A stretch of 62,857 nt of DNA from Octopus bimaculoides (Eukaryota), in contig NC_068989.1 in assembly GCF_001194135.2 (NCBI RefSeq), positions 40,942,290-41,005,146 on the forward strand. The letters run 5' to 3'. Under the pieces are notes generated by a model. The model saw only the letters and a list, made by a program, of their open reading frames with translations, was not told the origin of the DNA and made no database searches. Positions 61,880 to 62,857 of the stretch are shown here, piece by piece; the first letter of the stretch is position 1, and every line of letters starts with the position of its first letter. The translations under genes were made by a program, and so were the position numbers.

Positions 61880-62355
61880 CATTGAAAATCAAAGAGCTGC
61901 GGAGGAACAGTGGGTAACCAAAAACATCAAACAGAACCCAAAAGTGTTCTATTCTTATGTAAATAAGAATAGAACCGCTGTCTCACCCATTGGGCCATTA
62001 ATCGATGATAACATCATTCCCCGACACGATGCTAAAGAAATGGCAGAAATACTGCAGAAACAATACCGCTCTGTCTTTAGTGATCCCACTGATATTGATG
62101 TAAGAGAAGCGAACGAAGTTGATTCCCAACATAAAATCTCGGACATAATCTTCACTGCTTCAGACATCATAGCAGCAATAAATGAGGTCAAATACTATCC
62201 TGCTGTAGACCCTTATAGATTCCTCGCAAGTCTCCTGAAGAAATGTAGACACCAACTTGCAGTCCTTCTGACCAAACTCTGGAGAAATTCTTTAGACTCA
62301 GGTTATATACCGAAAGAGCTCCTATTCCAGTCTGTCATCCTGGTTTTCAAATTCT
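61880..62355 (+). mobile_element. CR1-like LINE ORF2 fragment (tether and RT N-terminus)
   Basis: IKQNPKVFYSYVN..IGPL..EMAEILQKQYRSVFS..LLKKC..LWRNSLDSGYIP. Confidence 0.82.
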
Positions 62356-62407
62356 AAAAATTGACCCACCGGATCTCCTTACGAAAGAAGTTAAGAATTG
62401 TTTTCGC

Positions 62408-62857
62408 GTGGTCGTAGCAATCTCGAAAGAGGTGATATGGAAGCCAAGAGTGAAAGGATTGGTGACAGGCACCTTCATCTCTGGCTTTGGTTTGGTGAGT
62501 ATTTTCACCTTTCACCTGAAAAGGAAAGTGGAGCTGGAGAGAGGATGCCTATCAGAGAGAATGTACAAAGATAGATGGGCACGTGTGGCGCGTATATTGT
62601 GTGTGAAAGACACTTTGTGAACATGCCATAGGACTTACCAAGAGGTGTCGGTAGTGGAACAGGGCTCCTGGGGTCGGAGCTAAAACTTGTTCCCCTGTCC
62701 CACTTTATGTTTGTCAATCGTTTTATCATTCGTATTATCATCCTATTTCATTATAAATATATATATATCCATTTTGTGTCTGACCCCAAATCAGGCCGTG
62801 TTGTCCCCTCTATGTTGACCCCGTGTGGGCAATAAAGAAACAAGTTGTTCGCAAACC
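62408..62857 (+). mobile_element. 3' end of an L1/Tx1-like LINE (related to 40870-41400)
   Basis: AISKEVIWKPRVKGL..FHLKRKVELER..RW parallels LAKEAVWWT.LKG in the 41-kb element; followed by 3' UTR. Confidence 0.7.

Overview
Eukaryotic, AT-rich, repeat-dense intergenic or intronic DNA. The SINE families and microsatellite load suggest a coleoid cephalopod, most likely Octopus; this is inferred from recalled repeat families, not from a search. Eleven N gaps total about 5.5 kb (9408-9442, 10983-11540, 12749-13534, 16500-16663, 21708-22420, 35230-35239, 37285-38025, 49060-49364, 52158-53000, 58781-59686, 61105-61577), many next to microsatellites. I found no supportable host protein-coding gene, tRNA or rRNA gene, or CRISPR array. 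Recognisable coding sequence is all decayed transposon: R4/Dong-like, CR1, L1/Tx1 and RTE LINEs, two Ty3/Gypsy remnants, a Penelope GIY-YIG fragment, five mariner elements and one Tc1, and a hAT remnant. There are also about 30 copies of three tRNA-derived SINE families. The best lead is a cluster of hammerhead-ribozyme motifs at 18-24 kb. It includes a complete 321-nt retrozyme/pLTR-like monomer (18398-18718) with a canonical core, and two copies of a variant CUGUUGA-core motif. Other leads are a triplicated, hairpin-forming Gypsy primer-binding site, a CR1 ORF1 with a PHD finger plus polyQ modules, and a near-intact 1290-bp mariner. Boundaries of decayed elements are approximate (tens of bp).
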